The notes below the pieces were generated by a model. It did no database searches and was not told the origin of the DNA. It saw only the letters and a list, made by a program, of their open reading frames with translations. From positions 25,730,001 through 25,794,000 of the forward strand of contig CP158635.1 in NCBI GenBank assembly GCA_050273025.1: a stretch of 64,000 bases of DNA, given 5' to 3'. The position numbers and the translations under genes were made by a program. This document shows, piece after piece, positions 63,801 to 64,000 of the stretch (positions within the stretch are counted from its first letter, which is position 1; each line of letters opens with the position of its first letter). This DNA is from Cenococcum geophilum (Eukaryota).

Positions 63801-64000
63801 TTAAGCTAGTTATTCTTATAACATATTTATTACTTCTCCTTATAGGGCCCTAGGTACTAGAAAGTTTAGTACTTACTATACTTTATACAGCACGGTTTTA
63901 ATCTTTAGTAGTGGAGTTACGTCTCTGCTAACGCAACCTATCTTAGAGAACTCCTATACTAGAGCCTCTTCTCGGTTAAATAATATAGCCTTAAGAATCT
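60872..64000 (-). mobile_element. Ty3/gypsy element E, 3' part (RT, RNaseH, integrase, PPT, candidate short 3' LTR)
   Basis: FLD(D) ~63411-63422; P(Q)(G)GTN.VA ~63485-63510; IILAV(D) RNaseH ~62920; integrase with GPF ~61300; PPT ggtaggggagggga 60964-60977; candidate LTR 60872-60963. Confidence 0.88.

Noticed and set aside
1..64000. tRNA, rRNA or telomeric TTAGGG arrays
   Set aside because: None recognisable by eye; isolated ttaggg hexamers are expected in RIP-mutated DNA.

Overview
This is AT-rich fungal heterochromatin-type DNA with no intact genes. The heavy TpA excess and CpA/TpG loss match repeat-induced point mutation (RIP), which points to a filamentous ascomycete. The window is almost entirely nested, RIP-degraded transposons, most of them delimitable by their LTRs/TIRs and target-site duplications (TSDs). 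It holds five GalEa-like Ty1/copia copies in two families (A, B), three Ty3/gypsy elements (C and D chromodomain-type; E partial), a non-autonomous MULE, a truncated LINE ORF1, an ORF1-only polyA retroposon and minisatellite-rich foldback DNA. Two things stand out. First, a large element with an ACGTCAGGAAAAAATTTACC terminal repeat appears to carry RIP-killed genes for a SNF2/SWI2 ATPase and a PhyH-like Fe(II)/2-oxoglutarate dioxygenase in tandem. Second, a 27-bp palindrome flanked by CCAAT/ATTGG-like boxes lies just upstream of that dioxygenase and also in the 3' non-coding region of unrelated copia and gypsy elements, once with a compensatory double substitution. Protein motifs were read by hand with RIP changes mentally reverted (shown in parentheses); no database search was run.
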